The notes under the pieces are model-generated. The model was not told the DNA's origin and searched no databases. It saw only the letters and a list, made by a program, of their open reading frames with translations. A stretch of DNA of 64,000 nt from the NCBI GenBank assembly GCA_963792645.1, contig CAWBWS010000001.1, positions 655,973-719,972 on the forward strand. Reading direction: 5' to 3'. The position numbers were made by a program, and so were the translations under genes. Within the stretch, counting starts at the first letter, position 1. The number at the start of each line of letters is the position of its first letter. This document shows, one piece after another, positions 28,644 through 38,663 of the stretch. Source of the stretch: an uncultured Actinomycetota bacterium (GTDB taxonomy: Bacteria > Actinomycetota > Acidimicrobiia > Acidimicrobiales > Palsa-688).

Positions 28644-30365
28644 TTAGTTGACGAAGGACCCGCCGCTCAGGATTTGTTGGGCGCCGTTGACGTCGGGAAG
28701 GGCGCTGTTGACGCGGATCTGGTCGCGGCTGACCCCGAATCGACCCATGTTGTAGGGGGTCATCGAGCCGGAGCCGCCCCGCAGTGTGATCGTTCCGACC
28801 GGTCCGAAGTCCAGCGTGACCCACAGCTGCGTGCCGTCGGGGAGGTTCACGTTGTTGACCTGGACCGTGAGGATGCTGAAGCCGCCGCACCCACTGAACT
28901 TCGACATGTCCGCGACGGCTTCGCCGTTCGGGGTCTGGCCGTCGAACACGGGACCGCTGAGCGCTTCCGCCGGGGTCCCTCCCGTTTGGCACCCGGGAGG
29001 CGTGGGCGACGGCGGCCCGTTGACGGTCAGGGAGAAGGTCCCGGTCGCCGTTGCTCCGGCCGCATCGGTCACCGTCGCCGTGAACGTGGACGTGCCGGTC
29101 GTGGTGGGGGCGCCGAGCAGAAGACCGCTGGGTCTCAGCGTCAAGCCGGACGGAGGCTGCCCGGACCACGTGTATGGGGTCGTGCCGCCGCTGGCCAGGA
29201 ACGTCGTCGTGAAGAAGTTGTCGACGAAATCGTTGCGGTTGGCGCCGATGTCACAGACGCCGCCGTTGCAGGTCATGAACCGTGTGTCGATGGCGAGCGG
29301 CGGGTTCGTGCCCGTGCCAGTGCCGGTGATCGGGACCGTCTGGGGGCTGGCTGGGGCGTTGTCGGTGAGTATGAACGTGCCGGACCGCGTGCCGGTCGCG
29401 GTGGGCGAAAAGTTGATCGACACGCTGCAGCTGGTCCCCACCGCGAGGGTCAGCCCTGAGCAGCCGTCGCTGACCTCGGTGAAGTCGAGCGGGTTGGCCC
29501 CGCGAGTCGCGGCGCTGTTGATGAACAGCGGCGCGTTGCCCGTGTTGGCGACAGTGACCGATTGCGCGGCGGCTGTCGTGCCGATGGGCTGCGCCCCGAA
29601 GGTCAACGAGGAGGGCGTGAAGGTGACGGCCGGGCCCGACGCCGGAGGAGGCGGAGGTGGCGGTGGCGGTGGCGTGGTGCCATTTCCCGAGATGGAGACG
29701 TTGTGGGGGCTCCCGGCCGAGTTGTCGGTGAATGCCAACGTGGCGGCACGGGTGCCGGTCGAGGTCGGCCTGAAGGCGACCGAGACGCTGCAACCACTGC
29801 CCGCCGCGACGGTGACACCGGAACAGCCGTCGGCTGTCTTCAGGTAGTCCGCGGCGTTGGCGCCGCCCAGCACTGAGCTGCTGATGGTGAGCGGCGCGTT
29901 GCCCGTGTTGCTGACCGTAACCGTCTGGGTCGCGCTCGTCGTGCCCGTGTTCTGCGCGGCGAACGTCAAGGTCGTCGGGGCGATCGAGACGATGGGAGCA
30001 GGTCCAGGCGGCGGAGGCGGTGGTGGTGGTGGCGGAGGCGGTGGTGGTGGTGGCGACTGCGGCGTACATCCCGACAACGTCACGGAGGCCGACGACGCTC
30101 CGTCACTCACAGTGACCCGGCACGTCGGCGAGCTGTACGGCGAGGCTTGCACCTTGAAGGCGCCCTTGCTGTCGGTTGTCCCGGTCACCGCGCCGGGATT
30201 GATCGAAATGGAGTGGTTCGCCAACGCGCCACTGCCCTCGACGCGCAACTGTGAACCGTTCAACTCTGCCCTGCTGACCGTCACGGCTGCCTCGGCGCGA
30301 GCCGCGAGAATACCGAGCGTCACCACTGAGACTGCGAGTACGGACAACCATTTTCGAAACCGCAT
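28644..30365 (-). CDS. Secreted multidomain protein: signal peptide, Ig-like domain, poly-Pro linkers, two choice-of-anchor-D-like repeats, putative Ig (He_PIG-like) domain, unknown C-terminal domain
   Basis: Signal peptide: MRFRKWLSVLAVSVVTLGILAARAEA. The repeats read LTF(A/G)AQ..GTT.A.Q.VTV.NTGNAPL.I....GAN..D(Y/F)....DGCSG.T(V/L)A.G..CSVS(V/I).F.PT.TGTR. ATG 30365 follows GGAGG. Confidence 0.8.
   Translation of the reverse strand: MRFRKWLSVLAVSVVTLGILAARAEAAVTVSRAELNGSQLRVEGSGALANHSISINPGAVTGTTDSKGAFKVQASPYSSPTCRVTVSDGASSASVTLSGCTPQSPPPPPPPPPPPPPPPPGPAPIVSIAPTTLTFAAQNTGTTSATQTVTVSNTGNAPLTISSSVLGGANAADYLKTADGCSGVTVAAGSGCSVSVAFRPTSTGTRAATLAFTDNSAGSPHNVSISGNGTTPPPPPPPPPPASGPAVTFTPSSLTFGAQPIGTTAAAQSVTVANTGNAPLFINSAATRGANPLDFTEVSDGCSGLTLAVGTSCSVSINFSPTATGTRSGTFILTDNAPASPQTVPITGTGTGTNPPLAIDTRFMTCNGGVCDIGANRNDFVDNFFTTTFLASGGTTPYTWSGQPPSGLTLRPSGLLLGAPTTTGTSTFTATVTDAAGATATGTFSLTVNGPPSPTPPGCQTGGTPAEALSGPVFDGQTPNGEAVADMSKFSGCGGFSILTVQVNNVNLPDGTQLWVTLDFGPVGTITLRGGSGSMTPYNMGRFGVSRDQIRVNSALPDVNGAQQILSGGSFVN
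30006..30053 (-). repeat. Low-complexity NGG triplet run encoding a poly-proline linker (16 codons); a second, shorter run lies near 29641-29675
   Basis: Sixteen consecutive NGG triplets on the + strand read as CCN on the coding strand. Confidence 0.8.
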
Positions 30366-30816
30366 CTGCACCTCCGGCATGCGGCGCCGCTGTTGCGCTG
30401 CGCTCCTTGGCGATACTTCAAGACGCGGTCAGGCAGCCACGAGACGGGCTGGACGGCCGTCTCGTTGAACAACCGGTCTTTAGGTCCACTGTCGGCGCTC
30501 GGAGTCGTATCAGCAACTGGACATTGGTGCTAAGACCCCGCGATGCTGACCACGCGGGCGGCGGCCTTGGGGGCGTGCCCCCCGAGCACGATCCGTGCAT
30601 GAGGCGTACCTACCGTCGCCCGACTCAACCCGCGGCTGGGCCGTGCCGCGTGAGACTGGTTGCGGACACCGCCACCACCTGGGCCCGGGCGATGGCGTTG
30701 ATACCGTCACGCCGCCCGACATCAAGAGCCACACGGATCGCATTCAGGCCCCGACAGTCGTTCAAGAACTGCTCTCACTGACGCGACGCTTGTCTGGGTC
30801 TTTCGGGACGAAGTCG

Positions 30817-31522
30817 CTAGTGCAGCTGATCGAGGGCCAGGTTCAGGTCCACCACGTTGACGGTCTTCTCGCCCAGGATGCCCCAGGCCCGATTGCGGAC
30901 GTGGGACTGGACGAACGAGGCCACCCGGGCGGCGTCCAGATGCCGCGCTCGACGCCACCCGCCCGGCCTGGAGCCGGGCGTTGGCCACCGAGATGTCCGG
31001 GTCGAGCCCCGACGCCGAGGCGGTGACCGCGTCCACGGGAACCGGGGCGTTGTCTGCCAGATGGTTCAGCTGGCGGTAGGCGATCACCCGCTGGGGCACG
31101 GTATTCGGGTCGCACACCTTGGAGCCGTCCGGGTTGGTCTGGTAGACGGGGTTGCCCTTGGCGTCCGCCTGCGGCTTGCCGGCCTGATCCGTCGTCCGAA
31201 CGGGCAGGCACTGGGCCAGCAGCTGGTCGTTGGAGGGACCGAGGTTGGATGCGCTGCTCGAGGTCGGGTCGTAGCCCTTGCCGGCGAACGACGGTCGGGG
31301 CTGGAAGTATTGCGGGAGCGGGTTGCCCTCCTTGTCGGAGAAGTTCTGTCCGATGAGCGCCGACCCCACCACCTCGCCGTTGCTGGTGATGAGCGACCCG
31401 TTGGCCTGATGCTTGAACCCGACCTGCGAGATGCCCCAGACAGCGAGCGGATAGACACCCCCGAGGAGCACGGTCAGCACCACGGTGACGAGCAGTCCGG
31501 TCAGCAGTTGCCTTCTGATCAT
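30817..31522 (-). CDS. kdpC: Potassium-transporting ATPase subunit KdpC, one frame break near 30950
   Basis: MIRRQLLTGLLVTVVLTVLLGGVYPL..SGLDPDISVANARLQAGRVA, then in another frame RARHLDAARVASFVQSHVRNRAWGILGEKTVNVVDLNLALDQLH, with stop at 30817-30819. Confidence 0.85.
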
Positions 31523-31523
31523 G

Positions 31524-33644
31524 TCAGTGCACCCCCAGTGCGACCATCACGACATCGATGAGCTTGATGCCGGCGAAGGGGGCGACCAGGCCGCCGAGGC
31601 CGTAGACACCCAGGTTGCGGCGCAGCACGGCAGCGGCGCTCATGGCACGGAACTTGACGCCCCGCAGCGCCAGCGGGATCAGGATCACGATGATGATGGC
31701 ATTGAAGATGACAGCCGACAGGATGGCCGAGTGCGGGTTGCCCAGCCTCATGATGTTCAGCGTCTTCAGCGGAGGGAACACCTGTTGGAACATGGCCGGG
31801 ATGATGGCGAAGTACTTGGCCACGTCGTTGGCGATCGAGAAGGTGGTCAGCGATCCCCTGGTGATCAACAACTGCTTGCCGATCTCGACCACCTCGAGCA
31901 GCTTGGTGGGGTTGGAGTCGAGATCGACCATGTTGCCGGCCTCTTTGGCCGCCTGGGTGCCGGTGTTCATGGCCACGCCGACGTCGGCTTGGGCCAGGGC
32001 CGGGGCGTCGTTCGTGCCGTCGCCGGTCATGGCGACCAGGTTGCCGCCGGCCTGCTCGGCCTTGATGCGGGCCATCTTGTCCTCGGGCGTGGCCTCGGCC
32101 AGGAAGTCGTCGACCCCGGCCTCGGCGGCGATGGCCGCCGCGGTCAGCGGGTTGTCGCCGGTGATCATGATCGTCTTGATGCCCATGACCCGCATCTCGG
32201 CGAACCGCTCGGCGATACCGGTCTTGACGGTGTCCTTCAGGTGGATGACGCCGAGGATGCGGGCGCCCGACGCCGTACCGGCCTCGGCCACGACCAGCGG
32301 GGTACCCCCGGTCTCCGCGATGCGCGTCACGACGCCCGCCAGGTCGTCGGGAAGAGCCCCACCCTGGTCGGTCACCCAACGCCTCACCGCGTCGGCGGCG
32401 CCCTTGCGGATCGAGCGTCCCTGCCATTCAATTCCCGACATCCGGGTCTGGGCGGTGAACGGGACCAACTCGGCGTCGGGCATGTCGACAGCCGCCAGCC
32501 CGTACTTCTGGCGGGCCAGGTCCACGATCGAGCGGCCCTCCGGCGTCTCGTCGGCGAGCGAGGACAGCAGCACGACTTCCGCCAGAGTGGTTTCGGCCAT
32601 CCCGCCGACCGGCAGGAGCTCCGACGCCATGCGGTTGCCGTAGGTGATCGTCCCGGTCTTGTCGAGCAGCAGGGTCGACACGTCGCCGGCCGCCTCCACC
32701 GCCCGTCCCGACATGGCCAGCACGTTGCGCTGGACCAGTCGGTCCATTCCCGCGATCCCGATGGCCGACAGCAGCGCCCCGATGGTGGTGGGGATGAGGC
32801 AGACCAGCAGGGCCACCAGCACCACCAGGCTCTGGTGCGCACCCGAGTAGATGGCGAACGGCTGCAGCGTGACGACGGCGAGCAGGAAGATGACGGTCAG
32901 CCCGGCCAGCAGGATGTTGAGGGCGATCTCGTTGGGCGTCTTCTGCCGGGATGCCCCCTCGACCAGGGCGATCATGCGGTCGATGAAGCTCTCCCCCGGC
33001 TGGGTGCTGATCTTGACCACGATGCGGTCCGAAAGCACCCGGGTGCCCCCGGTGACCGCCGATCGGTCGCCACCCGATTCCCGGATAACGGGCGCCGATT
33101 CACCGGTGATGGCCGACTCGTCCACCGCCGCGATGCCCTCCACCACGTCGCCATCGCCGGGTATGAGCTGACCGGGCGTCACGACGCAGAGATCGCCGAT
33201 CTTCAGCTCGGTCGAGGGCGTCTCGACCATCGTGCCGTCCGGCTGCAGGACGCTGGCCGTGGTCTCCTGACGGGACTTGCGCAGCGTGTCGGCCTGGGCC
33301 TTGCCCCGGCCCTCGGCGACCGCCTCGGCGAAGTTGGCGAACAGCACCGTGAACCACAGCCACACCGCGACCAGGCCGGCGAACGTGGTGTCAGAGGCGG
33401 AGGCGGACCCGGACGCCAGGTCGGCGACCAACATCACGGTCGTGATGACGCTGCACACCAGCACCACGAACATGACCGGGTTGCGCAGCTCCTGGCGGGG
33501 GTCGAGCTTCTGGACGGAGTCGAGCACCGCTCGGCGCATGATGGCCCGGTCGAACATCGAGGTGCCGGGGCGGATCCGGACGTTTGGCGGTCGGGTCTCC
33601 GGCGGCGGTACCAGGGTGGCGACCGAGGTTTGGGTATCGGACAC
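31524..33644 (-). CDS. kdpB: Potassium-transporting ATPase subunit KdpB (P-type ATPase)
   Basis: Intact 706-aa ORF with DKTGTIT, MTGDG and TGDNPLTA motifs. Confidence 0.95.
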   Translation of the reverse strand: MSDTQTSVATLVPPPETRPPNVRIRPGTSMFDRAIMRRAVLDSVQKLDPRQELRNPVMFVVLVCSVITTVMLVADLASGSASASDTTFAGLVAVWLWFTVLFANFAEAVAEGRGKAQADTLRKSRQETTASVLQPDGTMVETPSTELKIGDLCVVTPGQLIPGDGDVVEGIAAVDESAITGESAPVIRESGGDRSAVTGGTRVLSDRIVVKISTQPGESFIDRMIALVEGASRQKTPNEIALNILLAGLTVIFLLAVVTLQPFAIYSGAHQSLVVLVALLVCLIPTTIGALLSAIGIAGMDRLVQRNVLAMSGRAVEAAGDVSTLLLDKTGTITYGNRMASELLPVGGMAETTLAEVVLLSSLADETPEGRSIVDLARQKYGLAAVDMPDAELVPFTAQTRMSGIEWQGRSIRKGAADAVRRWVTDQGGALPDDLAGVVTRIAETGGTPLVVAEAGTASGARILGVIHLKDTVKTGIAERFAEMRVMGIKTIMITGDNPLTAAAIAAEAGVDDFLAEATPEDKMARIKAEQAGGNLVAMTGDGTNDAPALAQADVGVAMNTGTQAAKEAGNMVDLDSNPTKLLEVVEIGKQLLITRGSLTTFSIANDVAKYFAIIPAMFQQVFPPLKTLNIMRLGNPHSAILSAVIFNAIIIVILIPLALRGVKFRAMSAAAVLRRNLGVYGLGGLVAPFAGIKLIDVVMVALGVH

Positions 33645-33661
33645 TGAGATCTCCTACCGGC

Positions 33662-35380
33662 TTAAAAGTGCCCGACTAGGTGCTCGACCACCGGTCCGAG
33701 CGCCACAACGGGGAAATAGGTGAGGCCGACGACGACGATGACGACCCCGAGCAGGAGGCCGCCGAACAGCGGGGTGCCGGTCGGGAAGGTGCCGGCGGTG
33801 GCGGGGACGGTCTGCTTGCGCCCCAGCGAGCCGGCGATGGCCAGCACCAGGATCATGGGCAGCAGCCGGCCGACCAGCATGGTGATGCCGATCGTGGTGT
33901 TGAACCACTGGGTGTTGGCCGACAGGCCGCCGAAGGCCGAGCCGTTGTTGTTGAAGCCCTGCGTGTAGGCGTAGACGATCTCGGACAGGCCGTGCGGGCC
34001 CGGGTTGGCGACCGACGACAGCGCCGTCTTGAGCACGATGGCGGCGCCCGCGAAGCACAGGATGAAAACCGCAGGCAGTATCAGGTAGGCCACCACTAGC
34101 TTCATCTCGGCGGCCTGTATCTTCTTGCCCAGGTACTCCGGGGTGCGGCCCACCATGAGGCCGGCCACGAACACGGCCAGCAGGGCGAAGATCAACATGC
34201 CGTACAGGCCCGATCCCGTACCGCCCGGGCTGATCTCGCCGTACATCATGTTGACCAGCGCCACCCCACCGCCGAGCGGAGTGAGGCTGTCGTGGGCGCA
34301 GATGATCGCCCCGTCCGATGTGCTGGTGGTGGTGGCCGCGTAGTAGCCGCAGGTGGCCGAGCCGAAGCGGGTCTCCTTGCCTTCCATGTTGCCGCCGCCC
34401 TGTACCGCCGTCGTCTTCTGGTTGGCGCCGGCGGCGGTCAGGTGCGGGTTGCCGCGGACCTCGAGCGGGGCCACCACCAGCAGCATCCCCAGCCACAGCA
34501 CGAACATGGCGGCGAACACCACCCAGCCCTGCCGGCGGTTGCGGACCATCTTGCCGAACGTGAAGGTGAACGCGAACGGGATGGCGAGGATCAGCCACAG
34601 CTGGAGGAAATTGGTGATTCCGTTGGGGTTCTCGAACGGATGGGCCGAGTTGGTGCCGAAGAAACCGCCGCCGTTCTGGCCCCCGACCTTGATGGCCTCC
34701 TGGCTGGCCACCGGACCGCCCGGTATGGTCTGAGTGGCACCGGCCACCGTCGTGACGCTCTGCGAACCACCGAAGTTGTCGATGGCGCCTTGGCTCACCA
34801 TGACGATCGAGGCGAGGAACGCCAACGGAAGCAGGATCCGGAGGCAGGTACGAATCATGTCGACCCAGAAGGTGCCGAGCGAGCGTGCCCGCCGGCGGGT
34901 CAGGCCCCGGATGAGGGCGACGGCCACCGCCGCCCCGGCCGCCGCCGACACGAAGTTGTGGAACGCCAGTCCTGCCATCTGGGTCAGCTGGCTCATGATG
35001 CCGTCGCCGTACGCCTGCCAGTTGGTGTTGGTCAAGAAGCTGGTCGCGGTATTGAACGCCAGGCCGGGCGAGACGCCCTTGTGGCGATCGGGGTTCAGAA
35101 ACAGATGGCCCTGCAGCCGCAGTTGGGCATACAGCACGACCACCGAAACGAAGCTGAACGCCAGCAACGAAAATGCGTGCGTGGTCCACCGCTGCTCGCC
35201 CTCAGGATCGATGCCACAGATCCGGAAGATCGGCCGCTCCACCGCTGAGAAGACCCGGTCCCCGAACGGGCGGCCGAGGGAGGGGTCGTAGACCTTCGCC
35301 ATGTAGCTGCCGATCACCGGCGTGCTGATGGCCAGGGCGACGATCAGGGCTGCCAGCTCGAGCCAGTTGGCGGCGGTCAC
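33662..35380 (-). CDS. kdpA: Potassium-transporting ATPase subunit KdpA
   Basis: Intact 572-aa polytopic ORF (NTNWQAY, GTNGGGFF-like, NNGSAF). Confidence 0.95.
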   Translation of the reverse strand: MTAANWLELAALIVALAISTPVIGSYMAKVYDPSLGRPFGDRVFSAVERPIFRICGIDPEGEQRWTTHAFSLLAFSFVSVVVLYAQLRLQGHLFLNPDRHKGVSPGLAFNTATSFLTNTNWQAYGDGIMSQLTQMAGLAFHNFVSAAAGAAVAVALIRGLTRRRARSLGTFWVDMIRTCLRILLPLAFLASIVMVSQGAIDNFGGSQSVTTVAGATQTIPGGPVASQEAIKVGGQNGGGFFGTNSAHPFENPNGITNFLQLWLILAIPFAFTFTFGKMVRNRRQGWVVFAAMFVLWLGMLLVVAPLEVRGNPHLTAAGANQKTTAVQGGGNMEGKETRFGSATCGYYAATTTSTSDGAIICAHDSLTPLGGGVALVNMMYGEISPGGTGSGLYGMLIFALLAVFVAGLMVGRTPEYLGKKIQAAEMKLVVAYLILPAVFILCFAGAAIVLKTALSSVANPGPHGLSEIVYAYTQGFNNNGSAFGGLSANTQWFNTTIGITMLVGRLLPMILVLAIAGSLGRKQTVPATAGTFPTGTPLFGGLLLGVVIVVVGLTYFPVVALGPVVEHLVGHF

Positions 35381-35397
35381 TGCTGTTTCCCCGTCAT

Positions 35398-35487
35398 CTA
35401 CAGCTTCTCAGGGAAGAGCAGGGCGTAGATCAGATAGGCCAGCAGGACCGCCGCCACGACCAGGCCGACCGCGTCGGAACCGCTCAC
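35398..35487 (-). CDS. kdpF: Potassium-transporting ATPase subunit KdpF (29 aa)
   Basis: VSGSDAVGLVVAAVLLAYLIYALLFPEKL lies directly upstream of kdpA. It is below the ORF-track size cut-off. Confidence 0.75.
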   Translation of the reverse strand: MSGSDAVGLVVAAVLLAYLIYALLFPEKL

Positions 35488-35645
35488 GCCGGCAGCTCCG
35501 ATTTCCCCGGTCTCTCGGCGATCACGGTCGCGGGCGGCGCGGCAGTCGCCTCGTCAGCGCCGACTATGCGGTCGCACGCCAGCACGAACAGCGCGGCCAG
35601 GGCGAAGAAGGCGATCAGGATGGCCAGGTACGCGAGATCGTTCAC
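35484..35645 (-). CDS. Possible 53-aa single-TM protein translationally coupled to kdpF
   Basis: VNDLAYLAILIAFFALAALFVLACDRIVGADEATAAPPATVIAERPGKSELPA. Its TGA overlaps the kdpF GTG as GTGA. No strong SD. Confidence 0.4.
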   Translation of the reverse strand: MNDLAYLAILIAFFALAALFVLACDRIVGADEATAAPPATVIAERPGKSELPA

Positions 35646-35760
35646 CGTTCATTTCTACGCCGACCGGCCGCATGATCATCACCCTCTTAACGTGATCTTG
35701 TCGTTGGCCGGCCGGACGTTGGCGCGTTCTTTACGCCCCAAGCCGGGCCATACTCGGCGG

Positions 35761-37515
35761 GTGATCCTCGTCGACCTCGAAGCCGTCTCGGCCAGCCGCC
35801 CCGGCAAGCCACTCTTCGATGACCTCTCGCTGACGCTATCGACCGGCGACCGGCTCGGAGTCGTCGGGCTGAACGGCTCCGGGAAATCGACGCTGCTACG
35901 GGTGCTGGCCGGCGTGACCGAGCCCGAGTCGGGCCGGCGCCGGGTCGGCAAGGGCGTCGGGGTGGCGCTCCTCGAACAGGTCCCGACCCTCGCGCCGGGC
36001 ACGGTCGCCGAGGCGGTGGGGCCGGGATGGGAGGCCCAGGCGGTCCTCGACCGCCTGGGGATGTCACCACTGCTCGGCGCCGACGTGGCCACCCTGTCCG
36101 GCGGCCAGATCAAACGGGTGGCCCTGGCCCGGGCGCTGCTACAGAATGCCGATCTGCTCGTGCTGGACGAGCCCACCAACCACCTGGACATCGAGACGGT
36201 CGCCTGGCTGGAGGACCATCTGGCCGGCTTCGGAGGCGGGCTGGTGATGGTGACCCATGACCGCCACGTGCTGGACCGGGTTACCACCCGGATAGTGGAG
36301 GTCGACCGCGGGGCGTCGTACGTCTTCGGCGGCGGCTACACCGGCTACCTGCAGGGCCGGGCCGACCGGGAGGAGCGGGCCGCCCGGACTGAATCTGTGC
36401 GGCAGAATCTGGCCGAAGCCGAGCTGGCCTGGCTGCGCCGAGGCGCGCCGGCCCGCACCCGCAAGCCGAAGGCCCGCATCACCACGGCCACGGCGATCGT
36501 CGAGGGCCGGCCGCAGGCCCCGGCCCGCGAGACCGACCTCGACCTGGGTTTCGGTGCCACCCGCCTGGGCGACAAGGTGGTGGAACTGCGGCAGGCCGGG
36601 TTCCATCATCCAGGAGGCCCGATGCTGTTCGAGCACCTCGACCTGACGCTGGACCGTGGCAGCCGGCTCGGCGTGGTGGGACCGAACGGGGTGGGAAAAT
36701 CCACCCTCCTCGATCTGCTCGCCGGTCGCAGGGAACCGACATCCGGCCAGGTCGAGCGGGGCGTCACCGTCCGGGTCGGGTACCACGATCAGCTCGGTGT
36801 CGAGCTCGATCCCGACCAACGGGTCCGTGATGCGGTGGCCGGGCCGACACGCGTGGCCGGCTGGCAGGAGGACCGCCTGCTGGAGCGCTTCTGGTTCGGG
36901 GCCGACGCCCGCCACGCACCCATCGGGCTGCTGTCGGGCGGTGAACGGCGCCGGCTGCAGCTGCTACTGATCCTGGCCGAGCGGCCCAACGTGCTGCTGC
37001 TCGATGAGCCGACCAACGACCTGGACCTCGACACGTTGCGCACGCTCGAGGACTTTCTCGAGGACTGGGCCGGCGCACTGGTGGTCGTCAGCCATGACCG
37101 GGCCTTCCTCGAGCGGACCGTGGATGAGATCGTGGCTTTTGACGGCCAGGGCGGGGTGGGAGTGGTGCCGGGAGGGTTCGCGGCGTGGGAGGCCGGTCGC
37201 GTCGGGCGCCGCCCTGAGTCGACGCTCGGGCGCGGCGAGGGGCCGGGGCAGGGCGGGCCAGGGCGGCCGACTGCGTCGCCGACGCCCGGCACTCAGCCAA
37301 CCGGCCCGTCGGCCAGCACCCGGCGGGAACGGCTCAAGCGGACCGAGCGGGAACTGGCCTCCCTCCAACGCCGGCGGGCCACGCTGGAGGCGTCTTTGAC
37401 GGGCGCCGGGACCGACCACCGGGCGCTGGCCAGCATCGGGACCGAGCTGGCAGACGTCCAGGCCGACATCGACCGGGTCGAGGACCACTGGCTCGAGCTC
37501 TCGATTGACAGCTGA
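35761..37515 (+). CDS. ABC-F family ATPase (two ABC domains, no TM domain)
   Basis: GLNGSGKSTLL and GPNGVGKSTLL Walker A motifs, two LSGG signatures, and a C-terminal coiled coil. GTG 35761. Confidence 0.9.
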   Translation: MILVDLEAVSASRPGKPLFDDLSLTLSTGDRLGVVGLNGSGKSTLLRVLAGVTEPESGRRRVGKGVGVALLEQVPTLAPGTVAEAVGPGWEAQAVLDRLGMSPLLGADVATLSGGQIKRVALARALLQNADLLVLDEPTNHLDIETVAWLEDHLAGFGGGLVMVTHDRHVLDRVTTRIVEVDRGASYVFGGGYTGYLQGRADREERAARTESVRQNLAEAELAWLRRGAPARTRKPKARITTATAIVEGRPQAPARETDLDLGFGATRLGDKVVELRQAGFHHPGGPMLFEHLDLTLDRGSRLGVVGPNGVGKSTLLDLLAGRREPTSGQVERGVTVRVGYHDQLGVELDPDQRVRDAVAGPTRVAGWQEDRLLERFWFGADARHAPIGLLSGGERRRLQLLLILAERPNVLLLDEPTNDLDLDTLRTLEDFLEDWAGALVVVSHDRAFLERTVDEIVAFDGQGGVGVVPGGFAAWEAGRVGRRPESTLGRGEGPGQGGPGRPTASPTPGTQPTGPSASTRRERLKRTERELASLQRRRATLEASLTGAGTDHRALASIGTELADVQADIDRVEDHWLELSIDS

Positions 37516-37614
37516 TTGCCAGGTTGGTTCACGTGCCGTTCATGGCACTGAAACGGCGCAGTGACGACGGGCCGGGAGACTCGGCGCAGAATCACGACAG
37601 AAGGGGACACACCT

Positions 37615-38622
37615 GTGAGCTATCAGGCCGAGTACATCTGGATCGACGGGACCAAGCCGAGCCCGTTGATGAGGAACAAGACCAGGATCATGGCGGACGG
37701 CAAGGAACCCGGGATCTGGGGCTTCGACGGCAGCAGCACCAACCAGGCGCCCGGGAAGAACTCGGACTGCGTGCTGCAGCCGGTGTTCTCGTGCCCGGAC
37801 CCCATCCGCGGCGGCGACAACATCCTGGTGCTGTGCGAGGTGCAGCTCACCGACTTCTCACCCCACCCCACGAACACCAGGGCGGCGTGCGCGGCCGCGG
37901 CCGAGAAGTACGCCGACCAGGAGCCGATGTTCGGGATCGAGCAGGAATACACGTTCATTCAGCACGAACGACCCATGGGCTGGCCGGCCACCGGGTTCCC
38001 GGCGCCGCAGGGCCCGTACTACTGCGGCGTGGGCGGCGAGAAGATGGTCGGCCGGGACATCGTCGAGGCCCACACCATGGCCTGCATGAAGGCCGGACTC
38101 GGGATTGAGGGGACCAACGCTGAAGTGCTGATGGGCCAGTGGGAGTTCCAGATCGGCGTGCTGCCGACCCCGATGGTCGCCGATCACCTGTGGATGGCGC
38201 GGTGGCTCCTGGCCCGGGTGGCCGAGGACTTCAACGTGGTGGTGTCGCTCGATGCCAAGCCGGTCGCCGGCGACTGGAACGGCACCGGGGCCCACACCAA
38301 CTTCTCCACCCGGGCCATGCGCGAGGGCTACGAGGCCATCATCACCGGCTGCGAGGCGCTGGGCAAAAACACGATCGAGCACATCGAGAACTACGGCCCC
38401 GGCATCAAGGAGCGACTGACCGGCGCTCACGAGACGGCCCGATGGGACGAGTTCAGCTATGGCGCGTCGGACCGCGGCGCCTCGGTCCGGATCCCCTGGG
38501 CGGTCGAGAAGGCCAGGAAGGGGTGGCTGGAGGACCGCCGGCCCAACGCCAACATGGACCCCTACACCGTCACCAGGCTCATCGTCGAGACCTGCTGCAC
38601 CGCCCTCGCCGTGCCCGTGTAG
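37615..38622 (+). CDS. glnII: Glutamine synthetase type II (eukaryote-like GSII)
   Basis: SYQAEYIWIDG..WGFDGSST..FGIEQEYT..GPYYCGVG..GQWEFQIG..GAHTNFST..SVRIP. GTG 37615 follows GAAGGGGA. Confidence 0.9.
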   Translation: MSYQAEYIWIDGTKPSPLMRNKTRIMADGKEPGIWGFDGSSTNQAPGKNSDCVLQPVFSCPDPIRGGDNILVLCEVQLTDFSPHPTNTRAACAAAAEKYADQEPMFGIEQEYTFIQHERPMGWPATGFPAPQGPYYCGVGGEKMVGRDIVEAHTMACMKAGLGIEGTNAEVLMGQWEFQIGVLPTPMVADHLWMARWLLARVAEDFNVVVSLDAKPVAGDWNGTGAHTNFSTRAMREGYEAIITGCEALGKNTIEHIENYGPGIKERLTGAHETARWDEFSYGASDRGASVRIPWAVEKARKGWLEDRRPNANMDPYTVTRLIVETCCTALAVPV

Positions 38623-38663
38623 CGGGCGCTCATGGCCGCGGGAGCCCCGCGTAGTCTGGACCG

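Noticed and set aside
29600-30060. GGN/GGC-GGA-GGT repeats as a possible CRISPR or VNTR
   Set aside because: They are in frame inside the secreted-protein gene and simply encode poly-Pro linkers. There is no repeat-spacer periodicity.
31485-33647. 720-aa ORF on the + strand
   Set aside because: It is exactly antisense to the intact kdpB. Its Arg/Gly/Asp/His-rich composition has no motifs. This is a typical shadow ORF of GC-rich DNA.
35646-35760. Riboswitch (for example c-di-AMP) upstream of the kdp operon
   Set aside because: Only about 115 nt of divergent spacer is shared with the ABC-F gene, and I recognised no conserved motifs.
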